Shown here: piece by piece, positions 34,866 through 44,939 of the stretch | How positions within the stretch are numbered: the stretch's first letter is position 1 | Layout of the letters: the number at the start of each line of letters is the position of its first letter | IMG/VR virus record: IMGVR_UViG_3300039082_000001 | Span: 1 to 52,100 of that record | DNA length: 52,100 nt | Strand: one strand, 5' to 3' | Source: a virus | Taxonomy: Duplodnaviria; Caudoviricetes | Program-made: the position numbers and the translations under genes | The notes under the pieces: model-generated | Told to the model about the DNA's origin: nothing | Database searches by the model: none | What the model saw: the letters and a program-made list of their open reading frames with translations, nothing else

Positions 34866-37800
34866 TTACACCGCCTTCGTGGAGAGAGCAGTAGTGAGTC
34901 GAGCAACCGTGTAACCAGCGATAGCCGCTGGGTCGGTCACAGGTGCAGGCACGTTGACATTGACATTAATATCGCCATGAGTTGTCCCAAAGGACTGATC
35001 ACTCAGTCCTGCGGTATACCGTGGAAGTGTGGAGATATTCGGTACCGCTGCATTAGCCAACGTGTTAGCCTTGTCGGTAATTGCCTTCAGGCGACTATCC
35101 ATACCAACTTCCATACCTTCGCCTACGCCGATACCTAGAGGAATCGTACGCTTAGAAGGAGAGTTGATCTGAAGAGCGCTCTTGATGGTATTGACCACCT
35201 TGTCAGCAAGTGATCTCGCCTTGCCAAGGACTGTTTCGGTCATGCTATCAATACCATGGATGAATCCGTTGATTAGATCCTTACCAGCATTGACCAACAT
35301 TCCACCGAAATCTCCGATCCTAGCCATGATCCTTGATCGCAGCGTTCCGATAGTGTCACCGATACGACCAATCATATCCATGACAGAAGCTACTGCACGG
35401 TCCTTCAGGTTACCGAACCAGGAGACCACATTTCCAACAAAGGAAATGATGGACCCAATGATTCTACCAGGCAGGCTAGTGAACCAAGCTACGATGGCGT
35501 TCACTGTATCAGGAACGATCGAGTGACCAACTAGCTTATCCCACAGCCAGTGGAACCATCCGTAAATGACCTGAACGAATCCGGTAATGGCAGAAACCAC
35601 AGCCTGGATAAGGTCCCAGATCGTGCCGACGATAGCCTTATAGATACCGTCCCAGATCTCCTTAGCGTCAGCAGCTAGCTGACCCCAACGACCATGAATC
35701 AAGTCGTCAAGAAGATCAGAGACACCCTTAATGATCCCCCACAGGCCAGTTACGAAGCTAGTGATAGCTCGGAACAGTCCAGCAATCAGGTTAATGGCAC
35801 CTACCACGATAGCGATCTGAACGGCAATGACCGTTCCAATCACAGCTCCAACGAGCTTAAGGATGCCCATGAAGGCAGCCATCTTACCGTTGGTTCCACT
35901 CGTGGCAAGGCCCAGGTTCTTCATGGCACCATTGAAGTTATCAATAGCTGGCTGAATCGACTTGTTGATGATAGCACCAAGCTGATCGAATAGGTCTCGA
36001 AGGTCTGAGAAGAACTTAAACACCTTGGGATCTGGAGTAGGAACAGCGGCCCTGGTATCGACATCCTTGCCGCCCTGGCCCTTGCCCTGGCCCTGAGACT
36101 GGAACTGGATGTCCTTAGCCTTCTTGAAGCCTTCCCATGCCGAATTGGCAGCGTCCTTCAAGTCATCGAAGACCGGCTTGACATCGTTCTTCAGGAAGTT
36201 CTTGAACGAATCAAGCTTGTCCTGAACATCCTTCAGGATAGCCTTGCCCTCAGCAGTCTTCGTGAAGAAGTCTTCGATTGCCTTACGGTTCTCATAGAGG
36301 ACTACACCAAGACCAACGATGGCTACCACGACCAGACCGATAGGGCTAATCAGGAACGAGGCAATGGAAGCTATGCCAGCAAGTGCTCCAGCGAGCTTGG
36401 ATCCCAAAAGGATCACGGGACCGCTAGCAGCAGTAAAAGCGAACATCTGCTCAATCAGCTTACGCTGAGACTCCGTCAAAGAGTCCCACCAGTGATTGAG
36501 CTGCTGAGCCTTATCTACGATGTACTGGATACCGCTAGCAACCTTCGGGAGCCACTTCTCTGCCAGCTCCTTCATCTTATCAATGACCTTCTGGCCGTAC
36601 TTGTCAGCCAGAGCGTTCAACTCAGGGAACAAGTACTTTTCGAAGGCTACTGCCAGCTTGTTCTGAATCTGTTCCTTCAGGTTGGCAAGCTTAGACTTCA
36701 GGGTATCGGCAGAGGTGCCAGCACCTTCAACGAACTGCTTGGTGTTACCGATCTTAATCATCGCGTTAACGAAGTCGTCAGCGGAGATCTTACCAGCCTT
36801 AACCATGTCCAGGATCTTCGCCTGAGTAGTGCCATAGGCATCGGCCAGGAGTTTGACCGCTGGGATCTGTTCACCAAGCTGTTGGGTCAGCTCTTCGGAC
36901 TGAACCTTACCTTTGGACATGATCTGCGTGATTGCCTTGAAGGCAAGGTTAGCCTGATCAATCGAGAGTCCGTAGGTAGTGAAGATGTTCGAAGTCGCCT
37001 GGAAGAGCTTGTTCGTCTTCTCTTGCGACAGGCCAGCAGCAAGGAGCTGTTTAGCGTACTGGATGATCTGAGTAGTATCGAAGGCGGGAGACTTTTCGGC
37101 GATCTTAGAGAGCTTTTCAATCTCCTGCTGGGCATTGGCCACACCGCCAACGAACGGTGCCAGCGAAGCCCTCGCCTGCTCCAGGTTTAGTGCAGCGGAG
37201 AAGCCGATCTTACCGAACGCAGCAGCGATTCCTACCAGCGGCACCGTAGCTAGGAACGTTAGCGTGTAGCCTAGGTTCTGAGCCATGAAGGATGTCAGAC
37301 CCAGGTTCCTAGCGAAGGTTCCCAATCCAGCAGAAGCCTTAGCTACCGCTCCAGGGATGCTCTTGAATCCGTCGATGATGGTTGAACCCAGCTTACTAGC
37401 TGCTTGTCCTGCCAAATTCAATGTACTGGTTAGAGCTGATCCTACCACCCTTCCAGCACTCTTAAGACCTTCCCCCAGGGCTGTAGCTCCGAAGGAGCCA
37501 GCAGCACGCATCGAGGCAGTGAAGAACTTGAGGTCACCAACACCAAGGGACTGAATGCCGAGTCCTACGGACTTAACGAATCCCTTGGCTGCTTCTCCAC
37601 CAACAGAGGACATAGCGGTATTGAAAGCACCCTTGATCTTACCAAGGACGCCAGACTTCGTTACAGTACTCTGAACGCCAGCGGCTGCATCTTCAGCAAT
37701 CTTCTTGCCCGCAGCGGTACCGGATACCTTCTTCGCAATGTCGTCAGACATCCGGTCCGCTACGACCTTGGCAGTCTCCTTGGCTCGCTTCTCCGCAGCA

Positions 37801-37871
37801 GCTTTGAACTCTTCGAAGGAACCTAGTTTTATGTCAATATATGCAGTGCCGACCTTGACCTTACCTGCCAT
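34866..37871 (-). CDS. Tape measure protein
   Basis: 1001 aa helical; QIMSKGKVQSEEL, LVGHSIVPD, INSPSK. Confidence 0.95.
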   Translation of the reverse strand: MAGKVKVGTAYIDIKLGSFEEFKAAAEKRAKETAKVVADRMSDDIAKKVSGTAAGKKIAEDAAAGVQSTVTKSGVLGKIKGAFNTAMSSVGGEAAKGFVKSVGLGIQSLGVGDLKFFTASMRAAGSFGATALGEGLKSAGRVVGSALTSTLNLAGQAASKLGSTIIDGFKSIPGAVAKASAGLGTFARNLGLTSFMAQNLGYTLTFLATVPLVGIAAAFGKIGFSAALNLEQARASLAPFVGGVANAQQEIEKLSKIAEKSPAFDTTQIIQYAKQLLAAGLSQEKTNKLFQATSNIFTTYGLSIDQANLAFKAITQIMSKGKVQSEELTQQLGEQIPAVKLLADAYGTTQAKILDMVKAGKISADDFVNAMIKIGNTKQFVEGAGTSADTLKSKLANLKEQIQNKLAVAFEKYLFPELNALADKYGQKVIDKMKELAEKWLPKVASGIQYIVDKAQQLNHWWDSLTESQRKLIEQMFAFTAASGPVILLGSKLAGALAGIASIASFLISPIGLVVVAIVGLGVVLYENRKAIEDFFTKTAEGKAILKDVQDKLDSFKNFLKNDVKPVFDDLKDAANSAWEGFKKAKDIQFQSQGQGKGQGGKDVDTRAAVPTPDPKVFKFFSDLRDLFDQLGAIINKSIQPAIDNFNGAMKNLGLATSGTNGKMAAFMGILKLVGAVIGTVIAVQIAIVVGAINLIAGLFRAITSFVTGLWGIIKGVSDLLDDLIHGRWGQLAADAKEIWDGIYKAIVGTIWDLIQAVVSAITGFVQVIYGWFHWLWDKLVGHSIVPDTVNAIVAWFTSLPGRIIGSIISFVGNVVSWFGNLKDRAVASVMDMIGRIGDTIGTLRSRIMARIGDFGGMLVNAGKDLINGFIHGIDSMTETVLGKARSLADKVVNTIKSALQINSPSKRTIPLGIGVGEGMEVGMDSRLKAITDKANTLANAAVPNISTLPRYTAGLSDQSFGTTHGDINVNVNVPAPVTDPAAIAGYTVARLTTALSTKAV

Positions 37872-38298
37872 TTTGCCACTCCCTCAAGTACTCTGCCGCT
37901 GCAATAAGCCTAATTGGATCGTCCTTCATGAGACCTATTGCCTGATTGCAGGTCGGGCAAAGTAGTCCCCTTATACACTTGCCACACGATCCGGCATGAG
38001 GGCAGCATTTATGATCGTGATCCAAGTGGGAGCTAACTTCTGCAAAAGAAGTTTTACAAATCGCGCAGCGGTTTTCCTGCTTCGCGTCAAGGAATTCTCT
38101 GTCTTCTAGAGTAATGCCATACTTACGCAGGTGCGTAGTGGCTCTCCTTTTCTCAGCACCAGCGACAGTTTTTCTGTTCCGTTCAGTGTTCTCCTTAGTG
38201 CAATTCTTGCACCAAGACTGCAATCCGGATCGGGTGTTCTTGCTAGAGTAAAAATTAGAAGTGGCAAACAAACCCTTACATTTCGTACACCTCTTCAT
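37861..38298 (-). CDS. Endonuclease VII-family nuclease
   Basis: CTKC...WCKNC, YGITLE, LDHDHKCC...IRGLLCPTCN. Confidence 0.9.
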   Translation of the reverse strand: MKRCTKCKGLFATSNFYSSKNTRSGLQSWCKNCTKENTERNRKTVAGAEKRRATTHLRKYGITLEDREFLDAKQENRCAICKTSFAEVSSHLDHDHKCCPHAGSCGKCIRGLLCPTCNQAIGLMKDDPIRLIAAAEYLREWQNGR

Positions 38299-38310
38299 TT
38301 GCCACCTCCC

Positions 38311-39032
38311 CTATTCTTTCTTAACCACCATTACCGGCATAGCCTTAAGGGGGTTAACCTTAGGAGCTTCGGGTCCTCCGGACCCTTGAGGGCCTCGTCG
38401 AGGCCCGTCCTTGACGGTTTCTTGCTTACCGTATTTAGGACGCGGATACGGCTTAGGCTGAGGTACGGTGCTATGCTTATCAGAATTCATCTTCACCAGA
38501 GCGAAGGTGTTATAGGAGATAGCGTCGTACAGATCAGCAAGCTGCGCATTAGTCATATCCCACATATGTTCAAACTCGGACTTATCCATTCCCAGGAGTT
38601 CACGAGTGATTTCATTCTTTGTGGGAAGCCTATCGAAAAAGAGCCACAACTTACGAAGTGAGAAATCCGAACCAGGATCATTCACATCAAGTAAGTCGTA
38701 GCCCTTAATCATCAGTTCGTATTCTAGAGCCTCGCCATGATGAGTGAATACGTAGGCGAGGAGGCTTAGTTTCCCGAGCTGCCCAGGAGGGTCTTGCCGA
38801 TGATCTCAATCAGATCAAGCAGCTCCTGTTCAGTCAGGTCCTTGTCCTCAAGGCGCTCCAGCTCAGCTTCATCGAAGGCCAGAGCGAACGCCTCGAAGGG
38901 ATTCTCATTCACGAGACGCAGGAACTTCAGACGCTTGAACTTCTTCTTGACCTGGTAGGTCTCACCATTGAACTCAAAGGTCTTGTAGTCCAGAGCGTTC
39001 GTGTCCTGCTCAACATCATCAACGTGTGCCAT
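38311..39032 (-). CDS. Tail assembly chaperone, long -1 frameshift product (short form 38766-39032)
   Basis: G GGA AAC slippery site at 38769-38775; -1 frame open (KLSLLAYVF...) into ORF 38311-38712. Confidence 0.9.
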
Positions 39033-39042
39033 TAGATCTCCT

Positions 39043-39082
39043 CAGCGGGTTAAGTAGACCGGCCACCCGCCGAAGACCGGTC
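39043..39082 (-). promoter_or_regulatory. Predicted H-type pseudoknot abutting the chaperone SD
   Basis: S1 GACCGGUC/GGCCGGUC; S2 CGGCGGGU/ACCCGCUG. Confidence 0.6.
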
Positions 39083-39229
39083 CACAACTTAGCTCCAGGG
39101 TTTCGAAACTATGTTTCTCATAGCTTCCTAGGAGCGTCTAGAATCCTCCAGGGCATACTGACCCTAGGGCGGAAGGATTTAGGGGCTTAGCGCAATGTAT
39201 GCCCCTTGGAAAACAGGGTTCTGGCGAAC

Positions 39230-39796
39230 TTAGCTGGCGATGGTAGCGGCCAGGTTGGGGTCATCCGTGATCCGGTAGCCCAGATCGGAGAGAGAAGTAC
39301 CCAGAACCTGGACAGTCATGTCGTAAACGATACCTTCCGTACCCCGGTGAGGAACCTCACCACGGCTGGTAATATCGCCACGAGGAATGACGTACCGAGT
39401 AGTGATGTCTCCATCAACTTCCTCGATCACCCACACCTTGTCAGTGACACCAGGCGTAGCCGGAATGGTCGTGGTCACGACGCCAGCGTTGTTGACGGTT
39501 TCCGCACCCAAATAGAACAGGTCGAGAACCAGGTCCGTGGTCTCCATGGCCTTGAAGTTCCAAGTCCAGTTAACCTCAGTCGTCAGGGTCCGAACGCCGT
39601 TCATACGCTGGGAAGCACGCAGGATTTCCTTCGTGACATCCAGAGATTCGGTCAGAGCGTCAGGATCAGTGAAGCCAACCTTGCGGAACGCCGCAGACAG
39701 CGAGGCAAGGGTGGTCGGAAGGGTAGTGCCAATGGGAGCGCAGTAAACCTCGGTAGTAACTGCTACCCGGACGTTGTTCTCATTAGGCTCAGCCAT
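39230..39796 (-). CDS. Major tail protein
   Basis: APIGTTLPT, VGF, METT, RYVIPRG. Confidence 0.9.
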   Translation of the reverse strand: MAEPNENNVRVAVTTEVYCAPIGTTLPTTLASLSAAFRKVGFTDPDALTESLDVTKEILRASQRMNGVRTLTTEVNWTWNFKAMETTDLVLDLFYLGAETVNNAGVVTTTIPATPGVTDKVWVIEEVDGDITTRYVIPRGDITSRGEVPHRGTEGIVYDMTVQVLGTSLSDLGYRITDDPNLAATIAS

Positions 39797-39806
39797 GAGT
39801 TACCTC

Positions 39807-40205
39807 CTAGAGTGGCCGAAAGTAGATAACTACATTCGATACGAATCGATATCTGTTGTCCAACTGATCCGTAAGGTCAAACGGGGTAATACCTACGTCA
39901 GTATGGGTGACGACTAGATCGTCATGGACTCCCTGCATTGACAATGCGGCAGCCAGTGCCCTTTCAGCCAACAGGAGCGTACTATCAAGGTCTTCTGCGT
40001 AACAGTTCAGATCAAAGGACCGAGCATCAAGCCGGTCCAGAACTACCCTGTTACCAGGAGCCATTTTTACTTCAACCCATCGCTGACCAGTTTCATAACC
40101 ATTCAAGTTTGGGGCAACTCGATCAGTATTGAATCCGGTAAGTAATGGATGAGAAGTCATATAGGTAATGAGCTGAAGGAGGATATTAGGGAATTGAATT
40201 GTCAT
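39807..40205 (-). CDS. Tail terminator
   Basis: Size and synteny. Confidence 0.7.
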   Translation of the reverse strand: MTIQFPNILLQLITYMTSHPLLTGFNTDRVAPNLNGYETGQRWVEVKMAPGNRVVLDRLDARSFDLNCYAEDLDSTLLLAERALAAALSMQGVHDDLVVTHTDVGITPFDLTDQLDNRYRFVSNVVIYFRPL

Positions 40206-40654
40206 TAACCTCCACCTCCAAGTGCTCGTCTAAGGAATCCAAATGCTGGATATTCCAGATATTCACCAGTTTTACCGAGTTCCAGCTTCGGATCCTTGCC
40301 ACCAAATTCAATCTCAGCACCACGGGCATGGTAGGAAACAACTGCTCCGTAGTTGGCATCTCCATCACGAACCATGATGTTCTTGAGGGTGCTAACGTAA
40401 GCGTTCAGGGAGTACGCCATAGCTTTAGCTCGGTAGAACCTCAGCTTTTCAGTCCTGAAGTTCTTCTTCAGGGTTCCTTTAGTAGTATCCCTAGTATCAG
40501 TCCATCTAGCCGCTTCCTGTTGAGCAATAGCTCTGGCCCGTGCTCCAATGGCGTCTGTGGCTTCCCGTACAGCGTCACCAAGCGGGTTGAGGGAGGAACG
40601 AAAGTGGAAGGCTTTATTCTCCCACCCTTCCTCCCATTCAAATCGGAATGTCAT
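40205..40654 (-). CDS. HK97-gp10-like head-tail protein
   Basis: IEFG...FLRRAL. Confidence 0.7.
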   Translation of the reverse strand: MTFRFEWEEGWENKAFHFRSSLNPLGDAVREATDAIGARARAIAQQEAARWTDTRDTTKGTLKKNFRTEKLRFYRAKAMAYSLNAYVSTLKNIMVRDGDANYGAVVSYHARGAEIEFGGKDPKLELGKTGEYLEYPAFGFLRRALGGGG

Positions 40655-40657
40655 AGA

Positions 40658-40996
40658 CTATCCCTCGATCTTCTTGATACCTACTTCGAGATGATGACGG
40701 CCCCGAAGGGTCCAAGTCTGAGGCTTTCCGTCAATCTCATAGGTCTCTCCATCGTTCACCCTGACCCAATCTTTGGGCTGAGGATCGAACGTAGGATCAT
40801 CACAGATGATGCGACCAATTCTGGAGTAGGTATCTCTGTCGATGTCATACTCAGCAGAGAAATAGAGCTGAAGGCTACCGTAGCAAGTCTGCACTACGGT
40901 AGCTCCAGATTCGTCTACTACAGTTTCACCATAGGCAGTAATCGTGGGAGTCGCCCTCAGGACTTCTAGCTTATCGGTCATAAGAGCGCGTACCAT
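40658..40996 (-). CDS. Head-to-tail stopper
   Basis: AYGE, DWVRV, YEIDGKP, HHLEV. Confidence 0.8.
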   Translation of the reverse strand: MVRALMTDKLEVLRATPTITAYGETVVDESGATVVQTCYGSLQLYFSAEYDIDRDTYSRIGRIICDDPTFDPQPKDWVRVNDGETYEIDGKPQTWTLRGRHHLEVGIKKIEG

Positions 40997-43023
40997 TACT
41001 TAGCTACCCTGACTTTCCAGGTTGCAGAAGCTGGGTCAATTGCTCCAGCCGTAGAGTTAAGCAACCGAATGGTAACTGTATTGGTGGCCGAAACCCGGGC
41101 ATTAGCAATCAAGCCAGCCTCTAGTCCTGCTGGAGGACCCATCTGGACTACGTCGCCAGCCGTTGCGCCAGTTGCGGTAATAGTCAGTTCAGCAGTAGCA
41201 CCAGCGGCAATAGAGGGGAAGTCCAAGGTTGCACTCGCATCAATTGAACCACCGTATCCAACCCATCCGGTATTACCACTACCGGAACCCTTCGCATAGA
41301 TTGTTGTCCCTACACCTCCGTTAAGGTTCATATAAAGGGACCCGGCAGGAGCAGTAATAACAGCTTCCGGCGTGCCAGTGTTGGCGAACACCTTAGCTCG
41401 ACCGAGCATCGTGTAAACGGTCCGGCCTGCGTCGGTGATGTAAGTGGTCGCAGCAGAAGAGTTTGAGTTGAACGCCACAGCATTGGTCGAAGAACTGAAA
41501 ACTCGAAGACCTTCACTTAGGATGAGGGTCTTTCCAGTCAACGGACCCCGATCAAATGTATTGTCACCAATTGTCCCGGTGTTATTGGTGGACGCCAGGT
41601 TAATGCAAGTGGCAATACTTGCAGTGTTTGTCCAGACATCAATGATCGTATTTCCATTGACGGCGAATCCTCGGTTATCATGATACAGACTGATTCCGAT
41701 GCATGATGGGTTTACAATAGTATTACCATTAATGCTAATGCCATCAGTCGTGTGGACGTACAGTGCACCAAGGTTCGTGCTCGACTCTAGACCGTGACCG
41801 CGAACGACGTTACCAGCGATCGTACCAGTTGCCCGCTCGCCAGAGTCTGATGCCCCAGTAAAAGAAATGCCCGCTTGTGCACTACCATCAGTTACACCCG
41901 AGTCAACGGTATTACCGATTACGGTACAATCGATTGGTGCATATGTATTGAGGGTGTTGGTTGTGTCCTGGGCGCAGCCGACAGCGATACCAATCTTACA
42001 ACTCGTTACGGTATTACTAACGATGTTAATTCGTTGTCCCGCGTGGGTATCAATACCCTCCCAGTTCGTCACATTTGATACCCGGTTGCGAGCGATAGTA
42101 ATATCTGCACTTCGGGGGTCAGAACTAAGCGTAGTACCTAGTTCCCAGCGCGAAGCAATGATCCCGTAAACCGAACTTGGTCCGTTTACGGCATCTACAT
42201 CATTGTCCACAACTGTTCCCCGCAGGACTGATAGGAAGAGTACTCCAGCATTCCAAACATTGGAAATAGAGCAGCGGCGCACGTGAATCTTGGATCCCCA
42301 TCGAGCATACACTCCGTAAGAGAATCCAGAGATAGAACAGTCCTCAATCTTTACATTACTAACAACCGAAGCTGAACTTACACCCATAATCGAAATAGCT
42401 TTAGGTACAGTAACATCATTAGCCAGTCCTCCGGGGCCAGTGATGGTAAGACCAACAACTTTTACATTTGAATGTGTAATGTTCAGAACGCTCGTGGAAG
42501 CAGTTGCTTGATTTAGTGTTGCACCATTCCCATAAATAGAAACTGCCGAACTGATGTCAGATAGAGCGCTAGATACCTTGTAAGTCCTTGGCGGCAAATA
42601 AAGATCGGCCTTCTTAGTAAATGCAGCAGCGATAGCTGCATTAATGGCCGCCGTATCATCCGTCGTACCATCACCCTTGGCTCCGTAGTCAAGGACATTT
42701 ACCGAAAGTTTATCCTTAGTAACCAATCCCGCTGGAGTTGAATCAGACCAAGGATTAAATCCTGCGATTGCCGACACGTTGAATGGACCAGCACCAGCGG
42801 GGACAACGACGGAGACCCATTGAGTCCAGCTAGTCTTGATCTGGATCAAGTACTGCTGATTCGAGTTGTTCGGAGAAGCGGAAAACGAGTAAGCCCTAGA
42901 ACCATCTGTAGTAGTAGAGGCCACGAGCACTGGAGGCGCGGAAGACCCACGAGTTTCAAGATAAACCTTCACCGCAGTGCCGGTGGGAGTACCGACCTGG
43001 GCAATACCGTTAACAGTAGCCAT
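40996..43023 (-). CDS. Parallel beta-helix (pectate lyase-like) virion fibre / depolymerase
   Basis: VNVLDYGAKGDGTTDDTAAINAAI; PbH repeats; GTPEAVITAPAGSLY; C-terminal fibre domain. Confidence 0.85.
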   Translation of the reverse strand: MATVNGIAQVGTPTGTAVKVYLETRGSSAPPVLVASTTTDGSRAYSFSASPNNSNQQYLIQIKTSWTQWVSVVVPAGAGPFNVSAIAGFNPWSDSTPAGLVTKDKLSVNVLDYGAKGDGTTDDTAAINAAIAAAFTKKADLYLPPRTYKVSSALSDISSAVSIYGNGATLNQATASTSVLNITHSNVKVVGLTITGPGGLANDVTVPKAISIMGVSSASVVSNVKIEDCSISGFSYGVYARWGSKIHVRRCSISNVWNAGVLFLSVLRGTVVDNDVDAVNGPSSVYGIIASRWELGTTLSSDPRSADITIARNRVSNVTNWEGIDTHAGQRINIVSNTVTSCKIGIAVGCAQDTTNTLNTYAPIDCTVIGNTVDSGVTDGSAQAGISFTGASDSGERATGTIAGNVVRGHGLESSTNLGALYVHTTDGISINGNTIVNPSCIGISLYHDNRGFAVNGNTIIDVWTNTASIATCINLASTNNTGTIGDNTFDRGPLTGKTLILSEGLRVFSSSTNAVAFNSNSSAATTYITDAGRTVYTMLGRAKVFANTGTPEAVITAPAGSLYMNLNGGVGTTIYAKGSGSGNTGWVGYGGSIDASATLDFPSIAAGATAELTITATGATAGDVVQMGPPAGLEAGLIANARVSATNTVTIRLLNSTAGAIDPASATWKVRVAK

Positions 43024-43031
43024 GAACCCTC

Positions 43032-43607
43032 CTACAGAGTCGGCAGACGACGGATGTTACGTCCGGTCTGAGGACCAAGACGAAGGGAAGAAGCCGTAAT
43101 AGCATACTTATCTAGAATGGCGTCTTCCTGACTGTTCGTATGGAGATCAGCGTAGGTCTCAGAGATAGCTCCTACGGTCTGCTGACGAACATTCAGCGGG
43201 TTACTTGCCTGACGGTAAGCCAGGGACTTAGCTACGGTTAAAAGGTCACTAGGAACGGCATCGAATCCATAGACGTAAGAAACCAGAACCGTTTCGAATG
43301 GGCAGAGATCAAAGATCGTGTCCCAGTCATCCCAGTCCCAACAAGTCTCAGTATTGTCCCTGAAGTTCTTCACGGATGTGATATCAGAGATAGGATACTT
43401 GCGGATCTCAATGATACCGGAGTAATCTGCCTGCATCTTCTCGTCAGTAACCGTAGTCTCTTCGAAGGCCAGGCCAGGACAACGAGTCAAGATGTAGGCT
43501 TCAACGATATCCAGTGTTAGTTGAGCTGGACCAATCTCATCACCTTCATAGGGACGAGACTCGCGACCCATGACGGTCGCCAGATTGTCTAGCGTAAGTA
43601 GGGCCAT
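43032..43607 (-). CDS. Head-to-tail adaptor
   Basis: VSYVYGFDAVPSDL, NPLNVRQQTVGAISETY. Confidence 0.85.
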   Translation of the reverse strand: MALLTLDNLATVMGRESRPYEGDEIGPAQLTLDIVEAYILTRCPGLAFEETTVTDEKMQADYSGIIEIRKYPISDITSVKNFRDNTETCWDWDDWDTIFDLCPFETVLVSYVYGFDAVPSDLLTVAKSLAYRQASNPLNVRQQTVGAISETYADLHTNSQEDAILDKYAITASSLRLGPQTGRNIRRLPTL

Positions 43608-43641
43608 TTAAGATCTCCGATCTATGGGGGGCCAGAGGCCC

Positions 43642-44661
43642 CTACCAACCTCTCAGCAAAAGACATTGCTGGCCTAGATGCCAGGCATGACGGAGGAAGG
43701 TCTCAAGCTCAGCGGACTGCTTGCTCTTCCAGAACTTAGCGCGGGTCTTAGCGTAGTCGGATGCCTTCTTGTAGATATCCGGCTCCAATAGGTCTTCAAG
43801 CGCCATGGCCCACGCGGCCGAGTCATCACGATCAGCATAGATGCCACCAGAACCAAGAGCTTCGGTGAGGCCCAGAGTAGGGTTAGCAATCGTGGGAATC
43901 CCAAGGAAGGCTCCTTCGAGAGCTACCCTTCCAAATGATTCATACCGAGAGGGCATGAGTAGAACCTTAGTCTTGGCATAGACATCCTTGACCATGTCTG
44001 GAGTATGCTTCTGGATCGTTACGTTCGGCAGGTTCCTGATATCCTGCTCACCGTATCCACCGATAACTCCGAGGAACTTATGATCGGGGAACCGCTCAGC
44101 GAGAGCGTAGAAGACCTCGGGACCCTTGCCATTCTGTCCCTTAATTGAACCGGCCCAGAGGTTCACCAGAGTGATGTACTCCTGGTTAGCCTTACGATGA
44201 CCCTTAGGGAACTTGAATCGGTCTCCATCCACCCGAGGATGCACGATGCACTGAAGACCATCGTAATTGAAGTCCTCGGCAACCCAATCCGTGTTCCAAA
44301 CCACCAGGTCTGCACCTTGAGCGACGTAGCCCTTTGTGATATCCATATTGTTATGAATCAACTGAGCTACCGGGAATCTGTAGGTTCGACCAACAGATAC
44401 GGTGCGATCAGTACACTCAAGGTGCGTCAACATGAGCTGGGACTTGTTAGCCGCTCGAATGATCTGACGCTTATCGGTGAAGGGGTAGACAGAAACCCCA
44501 TCAATCTGGTATGGCCCTGTGATCAGTTTGTCTTGACGAGACAGGATTACATCAACTGTCCACCCATCCTGGACCATCGCACGAAGGAGGTCATGCAGGG
44601 TTGTCTCAGCACCAGCGTTGTGGTACGGTACGTAGGCGTGAACGTAAGCAGTAGCATGCAT
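43642..44661 (-). CDS. Glycosyltransferase, GT-B (GT4-like)
   Basis: NAGAE, NGKG, MPSRYESFGRVALE...GIP. Confidence 0.9.
   Translation of the reverse strand: MHATAYVHAYVPYHNAGAETTLHDLLRAMVQDGWTVDVILSRQDKLITGPYQIDGVSVYPFTDKRQIIRAANKSQLMLTHLECTDRTVSVGRTYRFPVAQLIHNNMDITKGYVAQGADLVVWNTDWVAEDFNYDGLQCIVHPRVDGDRFKFPKGHRKANQEYITLVNLWAGSIKGQNGKGPEVFYALAERFPDHKFLGVIGGYGEQDIRNLPNVTIQKHTPDMVKDVYAKTKVLLMPSRYESFGRVALEGAFLGIPTIANPTLGLTEALGSGGIYADRDDSAAWAMALEDLLEPDIYKKASDYAKTRAKFWKSKQSAELETFLRHAWHLGQQCLLLRGW
44601..44629 (+). promoter_or_regulatory. Promoter TTGTCT-N17-TACGGT (extended TG) for antisense gene 44689
   Basis: Direct reading; lies inside the GT4 gene on the opposite strand. Confidence 0.5.
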
Positions 44662-44688
44662 GTTAACCTCGGCGGGAAGTAGGAACGA

Positions 44689-44934
44689 ATGGCTGACCTG
44701 ATGACGAACGATGAACTCGAAGCCTCCTTGTACAACACGAACATCCTTCCGGATGACCCGGAGTACGGTCAGTTCGTTGCTCTAGGCTTCGTGATGACCA
44801 GTGCAATGGACGCTCTGGAAGACTTGAAGCGAGGCTTGGAACCGGAGGTTCAGCCGACTCTGGACATGATCGGTGATCAGGTGAACTGGTACCTGAACGA
44901 GCTGTGGGAGATCTTCCAGCTCAGTCGTAGTTAG
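44689..44934 (+). CDS. Acidic helical protein, counter-oriented in the head operon
   Basis: AGGA RBS, strong phage codon bias, fills capsid-GT gap. Confidence 0.7.
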   Translation: MADLMTNDELEASLYNTNILPDDPEYGQFVALGFVMTSAMDALEDLKRGLEPEVQPTLDMIGDQVNWYLNELWEIFQLSRS

Positions 44935-44939
44935 ATGTT

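Noticed and set aside
40199-40969. 256-aa + strand ORF and other long shadow ORFs (e.g. 36492-37190, 39206-39829, 23670-24296)
   Set aside because: Antisense to well-supported genes, with no RBS or motifs
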